Virus record (IMG/VR): IMGVR_UViG_3300031867_000038
Location: 1-64,000 of that record
Direction: 5' to 3' (one strand)
DNA: 64,000 nt
Source: a virus
Taxonomy: Duplodnaviria; Caudoviricetes
The notes under the pieces were generated by a model. The model was given only the letters and a program-made list of their open reading frames with translations. It did not search any database and had not been told where the DNA came from. The position numbers and the translations under genes were made by a program. Positions 10,965 through 20,104 of the stretch are shown here, piece by piece; positions within the stretch are counted from its first letter, which is position 1; each line of letters starts with the position of its first letter.

Positions 10965-11413
10965 TGAGTGCATGGCCAGAAGCTATATATATAATTCAAA
11001 AATTAAATAATTCTATTGAGAATATTTATAATATAGATGAAGATATTCAAGTTATTGATGATACTAATACTAGAATTGATGATTTAAATATCAAGGTTTT
11101 AACTGGTGGAGAAACTAGTGATGGCACTATTGTTGATATGAGTGTAAATTCTAAATATACTCAATTAATGAATACTTTAAATGTTATTGAAAGTGAAGAT
11201 AGTACCACACCAGGAAGCTTAGCAAATTTGCAAGAACAATTAGACGAATTAAATACATCTGCTGTAGAAGAAGCAAATAATAAGATTAATGAGTTTAATA
11301 AAAATTTAGCAAGCGCAAAAAAAGAAATAATTATTGTTTCAGCGACAGAGCCTCCAACAGATACAGATCAAAAATTTAATAAATATTCAGTGTGGATGAA
11401 GACAGAGGGGTAA
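10964..11413 (+). CDS. Hypothetical coiled-coil protein
   Basis: 149 aa, TAATG-coupled to the previous gene. Confidence 0.6.
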   Translation: MSAWPEAIYIIQKLNNSIENIYNIDEDIQVIDDTNTRIDDLNIKVLTGGETSDGTIVDMSVNSKYTQLMNTLNVIESEDSTTPGSLANLQEQLDELNTSAVEEANNKINEFNKNLASAKKEIIIVSATEPPTDTDQKFNKYSVWMKTEG

Positions 11414-11417
11414 TATT

Positions 11418-11807
11418 ATGAGTAGAATCAATGAATATACTCCTTTAAAATTAGAATTATTAGATAATTTAGAATCAGAATCACAACTTTTCGATTCTTC
11501 AATTGAAGACATTGACCAACGATTAGATAATGCTAATGATGCAATTGATCAATTAGATGAAGATATTCATGAATTAAAAGTTAAATTAGATAATATTTCA
11601 CAAACAGTAAATGATGTTGATTATCAATCTCAAGTGGCGGCAGATACTTTACAAGTAAAACTAAGAAAAAGTATAGTTGCAGCTACGGATGCTACTGATA
11701 ACACCCAGCCAGATTTAAATACAGATGATTATCAAGATTTATTAAATCCAGAATATGAATATTATGGATTTTCTGAAGGATCAGCATGGTTTATTTTAGA
11801 GAGTTAA
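11418..11807 (+). CDS. Hypothetical coiled-coil protein
   Basis: 129 aa acidic with heptad pattern. Confidence 0.6.
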   Translation: MSRINEYTPLKLELLDNLESESQLFDSSIEDIDQRLDNANDAIDQLDEDIHELKVKLDNISQTVNDVDYQSQVAADTLQVKLRKSIVAATDATDNTQPDLNTDDYQDLLNPEYEYYGFSEGSAWFILES

Positions 11808-11820
11808 AAGGAGATATAAT

Positions 11821-13134
11821 ATGTCAAAAATAAAAAGTGTTTCTACTTATGACGGTTCTAGTTGGGGAACGGCAGTTCCTTTAGGAGCTGATGATGTTAA
11901 TGTAGATATAACAAGTGCAACTACTAGTCCTACAGTTTCTTCAAGTACCGCGGCAGAGTTAACAACCGCAACAGATGTTATTGTTGCTTCAGGAGATACT
12001 AATGCTACTGCTTGGACAAAATTTAATAGATTTAGAAACAGAGTTACAAAAACTTTTGGAAATTATATTGGAGGGTCTGTTCAACCCAGTTATAATGCAA
12101 CAGGGAGTAATAGTACATTTTATCCCACTTCTGTTATTAATAATTACATGAAAAATGTAATTGGTCTAACTGGCACTAGTACGCCTACAATTAATGGTAG
12201 CGCACAAACCGTGGCGTCAGCTCTTAGTTCATTAAATGATAATATTATTCGACCAAATCTGCTGGATAACTGGTATTTTGTTGGCGGTGGCTCACAGAGC
12301 GGAAATGGCGTATTCCCAATTAACCAGAGAGGACAGACAAGTTATAGCACGAAGGGGTACGGAATTGACAGGTGGTACAGGAGTACAGTAGCGGCAGGAA
12401 ATATTTTGGTTAATGCCAATGGATTAACTGCAAGCACAAATCTGTTCATCCGTCAGGCAAACGACATACAGCCACAGTTGATCGGTAAAACGCTTACCTT
12501 CTCAGTTTTGTGGAAAAATGCTGGCTTGAGCTCTATTACACATGTTTTTGAAGATGGTTATCGTTTTACAGCAAGTAGCGTAGATTACACAAAGCTTGTA
12601 TATTCTTACGGGTTGACAGTGCTACCGCATGAACTTGTTGGATTGTTTGTAACACCAAGTGATTATATCATAGCAATCAAATTGGAAGTTGGAGATACAT
12701 CGACCCTCGCACATAAGGAAGGTGACATATGGGTGCTGAATGAGCTTCCGGACTATCAGACCGAATTGCAAAAATGCCTCGGCTATTATTACAAAACGAG
12801 TAACACTACCGCCATATTTGGCTCAGGGATTATCACAGGCTCTGCAAAGCGCGTGATCATGAATTTTACTGTACCTGTCCCGTTTGTGAGATCCATTTCA
12901 AGCGTGAGTATGCAGGATTACACTTTGAGATTAGGCACTTCAGGCTACAGCGCTTTAACTCCCAACGAAACATATATACAACCGGAGAGCTTGTCGGTGC
13001 TGTTACCCTCAAAATACAGTACATCAGTCAGAGTAACGGATTTGCATAAAGACGCAACAGGCGATCCGAACAATAGCGCAATTATCGTTGCCGCCAGAGG
13101 CCTAGAAATATCCTGTGAACCAGTTGAGACTTAA
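11821..13134 (+). CDS. Tail fibre / receptor-binding protein (mosaic)
   Basis: 437 aa; NLLDNWYF..INQRGQTSY..YGIDRW and KLEVG..ELQKC..YY motifs of Firmicute phage tail fibres; GC rises from about 12240. Confidence 0.7.
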   Translation: MSKIKSVSTYDGSSWGTAVPLGADDVNVDITSATTSPTVSSSTAAELTTATDVIVASGDTNATAWTKFNRFRNRVTKTFGNYIGGSVQPSYNATGSNSTFYPTSVINNYMKNVIGLTGTSTPTINGSAQTVASALSSLNDNIIRPNLLDNWYFVGGGSQSGNGVFPINQRGQTSYSTKGYGIDRWYRSTVAAGNILVNANGLTASTNLFIRQANDIQPQLIGKTLTFSVLWKNAGLSSITHVFEDGYRFTASSVDYTKLVYSYGLTVLPHELVGLFVTPSDYIIAIKLEVGDTSTLAHKEGDIWVLNELPDYQTELQKCLGYYYKTSNTTAIFGSGIITGSAKRVIMNFTVPVPFVRSISSVSMQDYTLRLGTSGYSALTPNETYIQPESLSVLLPSKYSTSVRVTDLHKDATGDPNNSAIIVAARGLEISCEPVET

Positions 13135-13170
13135 TTAATTAATGATAATAAATTAGGTTAATAAATTTAA

Positions 13171-13199
13171 TTGCTTTTTTATAAAAAATATGATATGAT
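13171..13199 (+). promoter_or_regulatory. sigmaA-type promoter-like element upstream of recombinase remnant
   Basis: TTGCTT-N17-TATGAT; 28 of 29 nt identical to the - strand promoter at 55994-56022. Confidence 0.5.
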
Positions 13200-13320
13200 T
13201 TTATTTGTATTTTTTATAAAGGTGATATTTGCGTGAGTGGTAAAAAAGATTAGTATATCCAAGTGCTAAATACAGCCTTACACTTGAAAAACTAAAAAAA
13301 AAATAATGCTCTAGTTTAAG

Positions 13321-13425
13321 CAAATACAAGATTATCTTGGTCATGAAAATATAAATATAACTAAAATTTATGCAAAATCTGATCGAGACACTATAATAAA
13401 TTCATTTAAAAAATGTATGATTTAA
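13321..13425 (+). pseudogene. Tyrosine recombinase C-terminal remnant
   Basis: Translates QIQDYLGHENINITKIYAKSDRDTIINSFKKCMI* (box II LGH...Y motif); in-frame stops upstream, no HxxR box found. Confidence 0.7.
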
Positions 13426-13437
13426 AAGGAGATTAAT

Positions 13438-13890
13438 ATGAATATTCGTTTTGGATCTAATGAATATGCATTAGTGCCAGGTTCTGGAATTAATACTCTT
13501 GGGAATGGTATTGATATTCAGTTATTAGCGCAAGATGTAAATTTAAATAGTCTTACTGACGTATTAAAAAATTCTGCTAATACTGAAACTATTAAAGTTG
13601 TGGATGGAGATACCACCACTCAAGTTATTGAAGGTTATTCTAAATTAGATCATATGGAAATTAGATATGATCAAATATATTTTACAGAATATGAAGAAGT
13701 AATTATTGTTCCAGCTCATCATGATTCAGAGACTGGCGAAGAAGTTCCAGCTCAGACCGAAATGGTTCCTCAGGATTTAACTGCTGATATTGTTTATATT
13801 CATATGGTTAAGCCTGGTCTTGAAGGTCAAGTAAAAGAAAATACTGCTAATATTGAGTTCCTCGCTATTATGAGCGATATTGAACTTTAA
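13438..13890 (+). CDS. Tail-fibre accessory protein (XkdW-like position)
   Basis: 150 aa, AAGGAG RBS, ends ANIEFLAIMSDIEL, directly precedes the XkdX-like gene. Confidence 0.5.
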   Translation: MNIRFGSNEYALVPGSGINTLGNGIDIQLLAQDVNLNSLTDVLKNSANTETIKVVDGDTTTQVIEGYSKLDHMEIRYDQIYFTEYEEVIIVPAHHDSETGEEVPAQTEMVPQDLTADIVYIHMVKPGLEGQVKENTANIEFLAIMSDIEL

Positions 13891-13907
13891 TTAGGAGGTA
13901 AATATAA

Positions 13908-14048
13908 ATGCATAGTCAAAATTTTATGAAGATTAAAGGCTATTATGACGCAGGTCTTTGGTCTATTGAAAAAGTGCGTGCGGTTGTTGGCAAGCGCCTT
14001 GGAATCACAGCGGAAGAATTTTTTGAGATCACTGGGCAGAGATATTAA
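13908..14048 (+). CDS. xkdX: XkdX-like small protein (not in ORF track)
   Basis: 46 aa MHSQNFMKIKGYYDAGLWSIEKVRAVVGKRLGITAEEFFEITGQRY; AGGAGG RBS; YY..GLW...V...V....IT.EEF.EITG pattern. Confidence 0.75.
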   Translation: MHSQNFMKIKGYYDAGLWSIEKVRAVVGKRLGITAEEFFEITGQRY

Positions 14049-14135
14049 ATTAATTGCAAGTGATTTTTACAATCTTATGGAGAGAAGAATAAAAGACAAT
14101 TTTTAATTGAATAATAGCTAGTAATAGCTTAGTAT

Positions 14136-14172
14136 ATAACCCCTTCTTTCCATAAGGAGGGGTTATTTTTTT
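14136..14172 (+). terminator. Intrinsic terminator
   Basis: 13-bp stem ATAACCCCTTCTT/AAGGAGGGGTTAT plus T-tract. Confidence 0.75.
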
Positions 14173-14208
14173 ATGCCTTCTCTCATTTGAGAGAAGGCAT
14201 TTTTTTTT
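14173..14208 (+). terminator. Second tandem intrinsic terminator
   Basis: 12-bp perfect stem ATGCCTTCTCTC/GAGAGAAGGCAT plus T8. Confidence 0.8.
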
Positions 14209-14233
14209 GTTATGTTTAAAGGAGAAGATAAAA

Positions 14234-14540
14234 ATGTATAATCCTAATCCATATATAAGGTAGTATTAAATCTAGTTTAGAACGATGGGTTGATTGGGAA
14301 ACTGAAACTAAAACACTCTATGAAAAAATGTATAAAGAATTAATTAATCTTGGAGAAATTGCAGCAGCTAGTAAAATTCAAGAACTTGTTGAAGATGTTT
14401 CTGATGAATTAAAAACTGCACAGCAATATTATCTTAATAAAAAAGCTTCTGATTATGATATGTCTGTTATTGTAGAAGAACAATCAAAACATAAAGAAAT
14501 GTTTGAAGTAAAAACTAGAAGTTCTTTTATGTACAGATAA
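14234..14540 (+). pseudogene. Probable deletion remnant: short start fragment out of frame with a helical C-terminal fragment
   Basis: RBS+ATG 14234 (MYNPNPYIR*) is out of frame with an open frame 14259-14540 (..SSLERWVDWETETKTLYEKMYKEL..) that lacks its own RBS. Confidence 0.5.
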
Positions 14541-14581
14541 AAAAATAAGGTACTCTAATATGTTTAGAGTACCTTATTTTT
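14541..14581. terminator. Bidirectional terminator between convergent blocks
   Basis: 18-bp perfect inverted repeat AAAAATAAGGTACTCTAA/TTAGAGTACCTTATTTTT. Confidence 0.8.
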
Positions 14582-15085
14582 TTATTCCCAATTAAATTCA
14601 TCTTTATCAAATTCATTAATATAAGCCTGGCCTATTAAAACGGCATCAGCTAAATCATCATTTTTAGTATTTAGATTAAATAATTCATTAGCTTTAGCTA
14701 TATCGAGCGGTTTTAGCTGCGCCCGCGCAACTCCACGTCCTGTTTTAATTCCCACTTGTTTGCGCCAATGACTAGAACTGCATAACTTCATTTCTTTTGA
14801 ATAATGATTTAATACAATAGCTATAGCTCCGTGAGCAAAAGTTAACTTACGGTAAACATCAATGTTATTTTTAACAAAAGCAGGTTCTGGCTCTTCTGCA
14901 TAAATTATATCTGGTTGATATTCTAACATAAGTAAATTAACTTCATCTGCAATTTTTTCAATCCGAGTAATTACATTTTTACTTGTTGGAGCAATTACTC
15001 CATATGCTATTAATTTTTTATTTTGGAAAATTGCATAACCTGTTGAAGTAGTTGAAATATCTAATGCGAGAATTGTTTGACTCAT
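14582..15085 (-). CDS. ruvC: RuvC-like Holliday junction resolvase
   Basis: ILALDISTTSTG, YAEE and DDLADA RNase H-fold acidic motifs. Confidence 0.8.
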   Translation of the reverse strand: MSQTILALDISTTSTGYAIFQNKKLIAYGVIAPTSKNVITRIEKIADEVNLLMLEYQPDIIYAEEPEPAFVKNNIDVYRKLTFAHGAIAIVLNHYSKEMKLCSSSHWRKQVGIKTGRGVARAQLKPLDIAKANELFNLNTKNDDLADAVLIGQAYINEFDKDEFNWE

Positions 15086-15134
15086 ATAAATCCTTCTTTT
15101 TTAAATATAATTAGTTATTCTCTATTCTAATTAT

Positions 15135-15163
15135 AAGTTATCATATTTTTTTATTATTGTCAA
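15135..15163 (-). promoter_or_regulatory. sigmaA-type promoter (weak -10)
   Basis: TTGACA-N17-TAACTT with TG extension. Confidence 0.45.
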
Positions 15164-15171
15164 GTTTATAT

Positions 15172-15215
15172 AAAAAAAATGACTGCATATTAAGTGCAGT
15201 CATTTGTTAAAGTTA
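15172..15215 (-). terminator. Intrinsic terminator
   Basis: AAATGACTGCA/TGCAGTCATTT stem followed by a U-tract on the - strand. Confidence 0.65.
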
Positions 15216-15411
15216 TATTAGAAATTGTTCCACCACAATAAACAGCTTTATCAAAAGAATATTGTGTTGTTGGTTTTAAGCAAGTGCTACGAGTTATTGA
15301 ACACATTCCACAAGGAAGTCTATGACAACAATAGTTTGAATAAATATTCGCAGTAGTTGTATTAGAAGGGTATGTATTCGTGGTAGTATTAGTTTGTTCC
15401 ACTTGAACCAA
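15190..15411 (-). CDS. Small Cys-containing hypothetical protein
   Basis: 73 aa (CCHRLPCGMC); overlaps dut 3' end, true start uncertain. Confidence 0.4.
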   Translation of the reverse strand: MVQVEQTNTTTNTYPSNTTTANIYSNYCCHRLPCGMCSITRSTCLKPTTQYSFDKAVYCGGTISNITLTNDCT

Positions 15412-15823
15412 ACCCCCCTTCGCCCCTTTCAGTGTCAGAAAGGTTATCTACTTCAAGCCATTCTACTTCAGGAACAGGGGCAAAAATCATTTGTGCAATT
15501 CTATCTCCAGCATTAATATAATGGGGTTCTGTTCCATGATTATGAAGAGCTACAATGATTTCTCCACGATAATCAGCATCAATAACACCGACTTTATTTG
15601 CGGGAGCCAGCCCTTTCTTAATACCAAGGCCAGATCTTGCATAAATCATGCCACACCAGCCATGTGGGATTGCCATTTCTAGGCCTGTATGGAAAGGCAC
15701 TGTTTCACCAGGTTCAATAATTCCGCCATGGGTTGTATAAAGATCCCAGCCGGCCGCGTCAACACTACCTCTAGTTGGAATTTTCACACCGGCTGCCGCA
15801 CATTTAACTTCAATATTAAGCAT
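15389..15823 (-). CDS. dut: Trimeric dUTPase
   Basis: AAGWDL, ARSGLG, GVIDADYRGEI, RIAQMI, RGEGGFGSSG motifs. Confidence 0.95.
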   Translation of the reverse strand: MLNIEVKCAAAGVKIPTRGSVDAAGWDLYTTHGGIIEPGETVPFHTGLEMAIPHGWCGMIYARSGLGIKKGLAPANKVGVIDADYRGEIIVALHNHGTEPHYINAGDRIAQMIFAPVPEVEWLEVDNLSDTERGEGGFGSSGTN

Positions 15824-16052
15824 AAGTAACCTCGATTTCTTCTACAGGTTCTTTTGGATCATTAAAAGATTTAACAAGAACTACTTGATACCAAGAATCA
15901 ACAATTTCGCCCTTAGCTTTTCTTTCTTTAAGTTCACTAGAGTATTTCTTTAAAGCATATCTATTTTCTTTCTTTTGTTCTTCAATAAATGCTTTAGCTT
16001 CATTTTCACTATCAATTCTATATTTTTCAGTTACTTCGCAAAGATATTTCAT
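15816..16052 (-). CDS. Hypothetical protein
   Basis: 78 aa, coupled overlaps with neighbours. Confidence 0.6.
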   Translation of the reverse strand: MKYLCEVTEKYRIDSENEAKAFIEEQKKENRYALKKYSSELKERKAKGEIVDSWYQVVLVKSFNDPKEPVEEIEVTYA

Positions 16053-16333
16053 TTAATAACTCCTTTTAACTCAACTTCTATTGGGGACACTACACTATAA
16101 TTATTAAATTGAATTTTTAATTCTTGTTCTAAACGCTCTTTAGTCTTTTGAGTATATTTTTGATTACCATAAATAACTACATGATCAATATTTTGTTCTA
16201 AAATAAAGTTAGCAATTTTACTGCTATCAGTAGAAAGAGGACCTGTATATTCAGTGCACCCTGTTGTAGAATTATAAACTAAAGCAGGATAATTAAAGCT
16301 TAATGGTCTAACATCTAAAACTAATTCTTTCAT
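16049..16333 (-). CDS. Hypothetical protein
   Basis: 94 aa, GAGG RBS. Confidence 0.6.
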   Translation of the reverse strand: MKELVLDVRPLSFNYPALVYNSTTGCTEYTGPLSTDSSKIANFILEQNIDHVVIYGNQKYTQKTKERLEQELKIQFNNYSVVSPIEVELKGVIK

Positions 16334-16336
16334 TTT

Positions 16337-16714
16337 TTAAACCTCAATAACCGCAGCATCATAACAAAATAAATAGTAACAATAATCTTCTTGACTTTCA
16401 CTGGTAGGATCTCCGCAACGGAGCCAAATTTCCCACGCAGTATTTGCTTTATCTTTGTCAATTGAAACCACCTGACCTCTATTTTCTAAACACTCTAGCA
16501 GTATATTAGCAGCTTCCGCAGGAGATTCAATTACACGAAAAATAGTATAATCTCTTCGTTCATGGCAAAGTAGCATGGCATATGTATCAATACTATCTCT
16601 AAACCATAGACGAATTTCATCAATTCTTTTTTTAATTTGATTTTGACTTAATATTTTCTCTTGACTGCTAAGCTGTTTATTTACTTCATATAAACTATTA
16701 CCTTGAATTTCCAT
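16337..16714 (-). CDS. Hypothetical protein
   Basis: 125 aa, coupled to nrdG stop. Confidence 0.6.
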   Translation of the reverse strand: MEIQGNSLYEVNKQLSSQEKILSQNQIKKRIDEIRLWFRDSIDTYAMLLCHERRDYTIFRVIESPAEAANILLECLENRGQVVSIDKDKANTAWEIWLRCGDPTSESQEDYCYYLFCYDAAVIEV

Positions 16715-17226
16715 TAGCTAATCCTTTCAGCATATTGATTAGGAGAAGCTAAATTTACTCCTAATACTTTATCATAATGTGATTCACAATCAGGAATAAA
16801 TCTCCCATATTTTATAATTATATTATCATAATTTTTAAGTTTTGTCAAGATATCCATTTTAATAAAGACACCCATTGCAGGAGCTTTACTTAATTCTTCT
16901 TTTGTATATCCAGTATAAATTACAATATCATCATGGCAATCATACAAATGACGTAACATATAAATAAAATTTACTACAGTGAGCATACTATCAAATGGTT
17001 CTAATCCTTGCATAACAATAGCTTCAGTAATAGGATTAGCAAGATATCTTTCAATTAATGTTACATCATTTATATCTATATTGGGGGCGGAGGCTAGGTC
17101 TGAATTTTGACAAACCTGGCGCCCGCACTCTTTATCACATTTAAAAGTACAATATGGAAATTCTAGAACCATTGAAGGTTTTTTATAATTTACAAAATCT
17201 TCATCAATTAGTCCTTTGAGTATCAT
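16714..17226 (-). CDS. nrdG: Anaerobic ribonucleotide reductase activase (radical SAM)
   Basis: Cys cluster CTFKCDKECGRQVC, GLEPF, IVIYTGY, KYGRF, LASPNQ; directly follows nrdD. Confidence 0.85.
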   Translation of the reverse strand: MILKGLIDEDFVNYKKPSMVLEFPYCTFKCDKECGRQVCQNSDLASAPNIDINDVTLIERYLANPITEAIVMQGLEPFDSMLTVVNFIYMLRHLYDCHDDIVIYTGYTKEELSKAPAMGVFIKMDILTKLKNYDNIIIKYGRFIPDCESHYDKVLGVNLASPNQYAERIS

Positions 17227-19175
17227 AATGCCTCACTTGTTTGATTGATAGCTTCCCATCTTCTAAGTTTATATTCGCTCTTTCTATTTTTAGACCAGGT
17301 CTGAATTGGAGTATAAAATCCAACTATTCTTGTATATTCAGTTTCAACTGGTTTTCCACATACAGGGCAAGTTCTTCCATAAAATGCATGATTATCTTCA
17401 CAAGCTTGAATCTTGGTATTAAAAGCAAAGTAGGTTACACCTTGATCAGCAATATATTCAACCATTTTTCTAGCTTTTTCATAACTATCAAAAGGAGAAT
17501 CAATGTTAGCGTGAAGAATTGAGCCACCATTGCAATAGCCATCAAATAATGCTTGAACTCTTACTCTTTCTTGCAGAGTTGTTTTAATTCCAAGTGGCAT
17601 AAACTGATTACCATATAGCGGCAGGTCATAAATATCAGCATCAGGATAAAAGAATTTATCTTTACGCATTAGTTTGTCTGCAGCACTTTCACCTGGAATT
17701 TGTTCTGTATTAATTTTATAATCTGCGCCCATATCAATAATGAATTGATCTGCAACTTCCCGCATAGTTTTAAAAATCTTTTCTCCTAGTGCGGCTGCAC
17801 GATCATCATAAAAAGTATTACCAAATTGATCTTGATTAATATAGCCAAAACGTTTCATAGTTTCATATACGCCAATAAAACCAATCGTATTATATAAATG
17901 TTCAAAATCAACTAATCCATATGAGAAATTAGGAAGTAATCCTTTTTCAACATTCCGTTGAATGATATGTCTAACGCAATCTAGAGCTCTGAGTGCGACA
18001 AGGGTGCGCCCGCGCAGATTCTCGATAAACTCTTCTTCATCTTTTGAATCAAGTGCGCAACGAGCTAGATTAATAGTATTAACTTTAACAGAACCAACTT
18101 TAAGAGCTGTTCCACCTATTGAATTGAAATAACCTAAATCTCTAATGTCACTCTTTAATCTACAACAATTTGATAGACTATTGACTGAGTCATCAATAAA
18201 AAGGTTACTATCGCTCCATTGTATATTATGTTCTATAGCCCAATGAGCAAATCCTTCATCTTCAAATTTGCCATTTTTTCTAAGTAATGAAATTGTAGAA
18301 ACTGGGAATGTGAACATATTATCATTACGAGTTGCAGCCATCTCTTCTAAGTACCACTTTTGAAATTCAATGACTTCATCTTCTGCATCAATCATAAAAC
18401 TACCATCAGGAAATTCGCTGCCGCCAAATAATGCTTCATAATAAGGATGGTCAAATACAGAAGTATTAGTAAATGCTGATTGTTGCCCATCACGTACATA
18501 GGGCTGGTTTACTGCGTATATAAATCTCTGGAAATTCTGTCGAGCATATTTTTCTTCACTATGACTCATTCTAATTCCGAGATAATCTGATTCAACATCT
18601 TTGTGCCAGAAATAATACATATATGGAATTAGATTTGGCAGACCAACTGCGCCAGAAGATCTATTACTAGCAAAGCCAATGAACTCTTTAACAAAATCTA
18701 CAAAAGTAGTAAGATGCTGTGCGGGCTGTGGGTTAAAAGTACCGCCAATGAAATACAACCCTTTTTCTGCTAAATCTTTAAGATCATATGCAAAGCAATA
18801 ATGTTTAAAAGTAGAAGTATCTGAGTCATGCATATAAAGCTGCCCAATCCATTCCATTCTCAGCCATTCATTCGCAGCTTTAAATCCAAACCTCTTTTGC
18901 ATCTCATAATAAATTTTATTAAATGCAAGCACTTTTCTATGGGGTTTTGGCATTTCAGATAAAAGTGTTACTATATCTTTTCTGCCTACATTACTATTTC
19001 CATCAATAGAAGAATCTGCTACTGTAGATTCATCAATAAAATTTGAAATAAAATCTGTATAAGAGAGTTGTTCATCTGCAAAACCATTAATTTGCGCGAG
19101 TTCAGTTCCAAACTCTCCTTGTAATTTATTATATTGAGTAGTAAAATTTTTACCTAATCGAACATTTATTTCCAA
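17223..19175 (-). CDS. nrdD: Class III anaerobic ribonucleotide reductase
   Basis: YCFAYD, SGAVG, NCCRL, GSVKVNTINL, C-terminal Zn CEDNH..CPVC and glycyl-radical loop RIVGFY. Confidence 0.92.
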   Translation of the reverse strand: MEINVRLGKNFTTQYNKLQGEFGTELAQINGFADEQLSYTDFISNFIDESTVADSSIDGNSNVGRKDIVTLLSEMPKPHRKVLAFNKIYYEMQKRFGFKAANEWLRMEWIGQLYMHDSDTSTFKHYCFAYDLKDLAEKGLYFIGGTFNPQPAQHLTTFVDFVKEFIGFASNRSSGAVGLPNLIPYMYYFWHKDVESDYLGIRMSHSEEKYARQNFQRFIYAVNQPYVRDGQQSAFTNTSVFDHPYYEALFGGSEFPDGSFMIDAEDEVIEFQKWYLEEMAATRNDNMFTFPVSTISLLRKNGKFEDEGFAHWAIEHNIQWSDSNLFIDDSVNSLSNCCRLKSDIRDLGYFNSIGGTALKVGSVKVNTINLARCALDSKDEEEFIENLRGRTLVALRALDCVRHIIQRNVEKGLLPNFSYGLVDFEHLYNTIGFIGVYETMKRFGYINQDQFGNTFYDDRAAALGEKIFKTMREVADQFIIDMGADYKINTEQIPGESAADKLMRKDKFFYPDADIYDLPLYGNQFMPLGIKTTLQERVRVQALFDGYCNGGSILHANIDSPFDSYEKARKMVEYIADQGVTYFAFNTKIQACEDNHAFYGRTCPVCGKPVETEYTRIVGFYTPIQTWSKNRKSEYKLRRWEAINQTSEAL

Positions 19176-19191
19176 ATTGAATACCTCTCAA

Positions 19192-19389
19192 TTATAAAGA
19201 TCTGAGCCAAGCAATTGCTTTAGAGAAGTCAAGGAGTTCTCCATCTTTTTCAATAGTAGGAGCTGATTTAATTCCTTTAGATTTCATTAAATCAAGATCA
19301 TCATTAACAGTAAAAGCAATATTTGCTTGTTCTAATTTTTTTTCTAGTACTGCACATTTAGGACAATGCGTTGAATATAAAGTTATCAT
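19192..19389 (-). CDS. nrdH: NrdH/glutaredoxin-like protein
   Basis: MITLYSTHCPKC, SAPTIE. Confidence 0.75.
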   Translation of the reverse strand: MITLYSTHCPKCAVLEKKLEQANIAFTVNDDLDLMKSKGIKSAPTIEKDGELLDFSKAIAWLRSL

Positions 19390-19465
19390 ATTCTTTCCTC
19401 CCTATTTACTATATATTAAAATCATTTTAACAAGATTATATCATTCTGCCCGAATGATGACATTT

Positions 19466-20104
19466 TTAATAGTGTAAAGAAATAGTAACATTATCAGTAG
19501 AATGAATAGATTTATGTTGAATGATTTCTATAAGAATAGTTTCATATAACAAAGGAAGAATATCATTTTGTACAATTGCAGAGATTTCATTATGTTCATT
19601 TTCAATTATAAAATGATGAAAATTAATATTCTTACGTGTAAAATCTTCTTTATCAGTTTTAAATCTGCGACAAATTTCTTCGCAGTCAGGTTCTACTTCA
19701 CGGTTAAGCTGTCTCAATAATCTTGTTTTATCTGAGCATGTTATATAAATAGGAATAATTGTGTATTCATCCCAAGGTAAATTTAAAAGTTGTTTTACGC
19801 CTGCAATATTAAATACTCCTATATTAATTTTATCAGATCGAATTGAATTTTTTAGAGTACCATAGCGCCAGCCTCTAAATTCTGCATACTCCAGATAATC
19901 TCCATTATCTAGATATTTTTGAGATTCTTCATCTGAAATAAAATGATAATCAACCCAGTTTTGTTCATACTCACGCGGCGGCCGCGTAGTTGAAGAAATA
20001 ATTTCATGGCAAAGATAAGGAGATTGTTTTACAATCTCCTTTTGAATTGTATCTTTACCAGCTCCCGCCGCCCCAAATAATGCTACAATATATTTTTTAT
20101 TCAT
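19466..20104 (-). CDS. gmk: Guanylate kinase-like
   Basis: GAAGAGKDT P-loop, SSTTRPPRE, DYHFIS, YGT motifs; ATG 20104 overlaps dnaE stop. Confidence 0.85.
   Translation of the reverse strand: MNKKYIVALFGAAGAGKDTIQKEIVKQSPYLCHEIISSTTRPPREYEQNWVDYHFISDEESQKYLDNGDYLEYAEFRGWRYGTLKNSIRSDKINIGVFNIAGVKQLLNLPWDEYTIIPIYITCSDKTRLLRQLNREVEPDCEEICRRFKTDKEDFTRKNINFHHFIIENEHNEISAIVQNDILPLLYETILIEIIQHKSIHSTDNVTISLHY

Noticed and set aside
11821-14048. Active shufflon or diversity-generating retroelement at the tail fibre
   Set aside because: No inverted alternative cassette, crossover repeats, TR/VR pair or reverse transcriptase seen in the window; the recombinase is only a fragment
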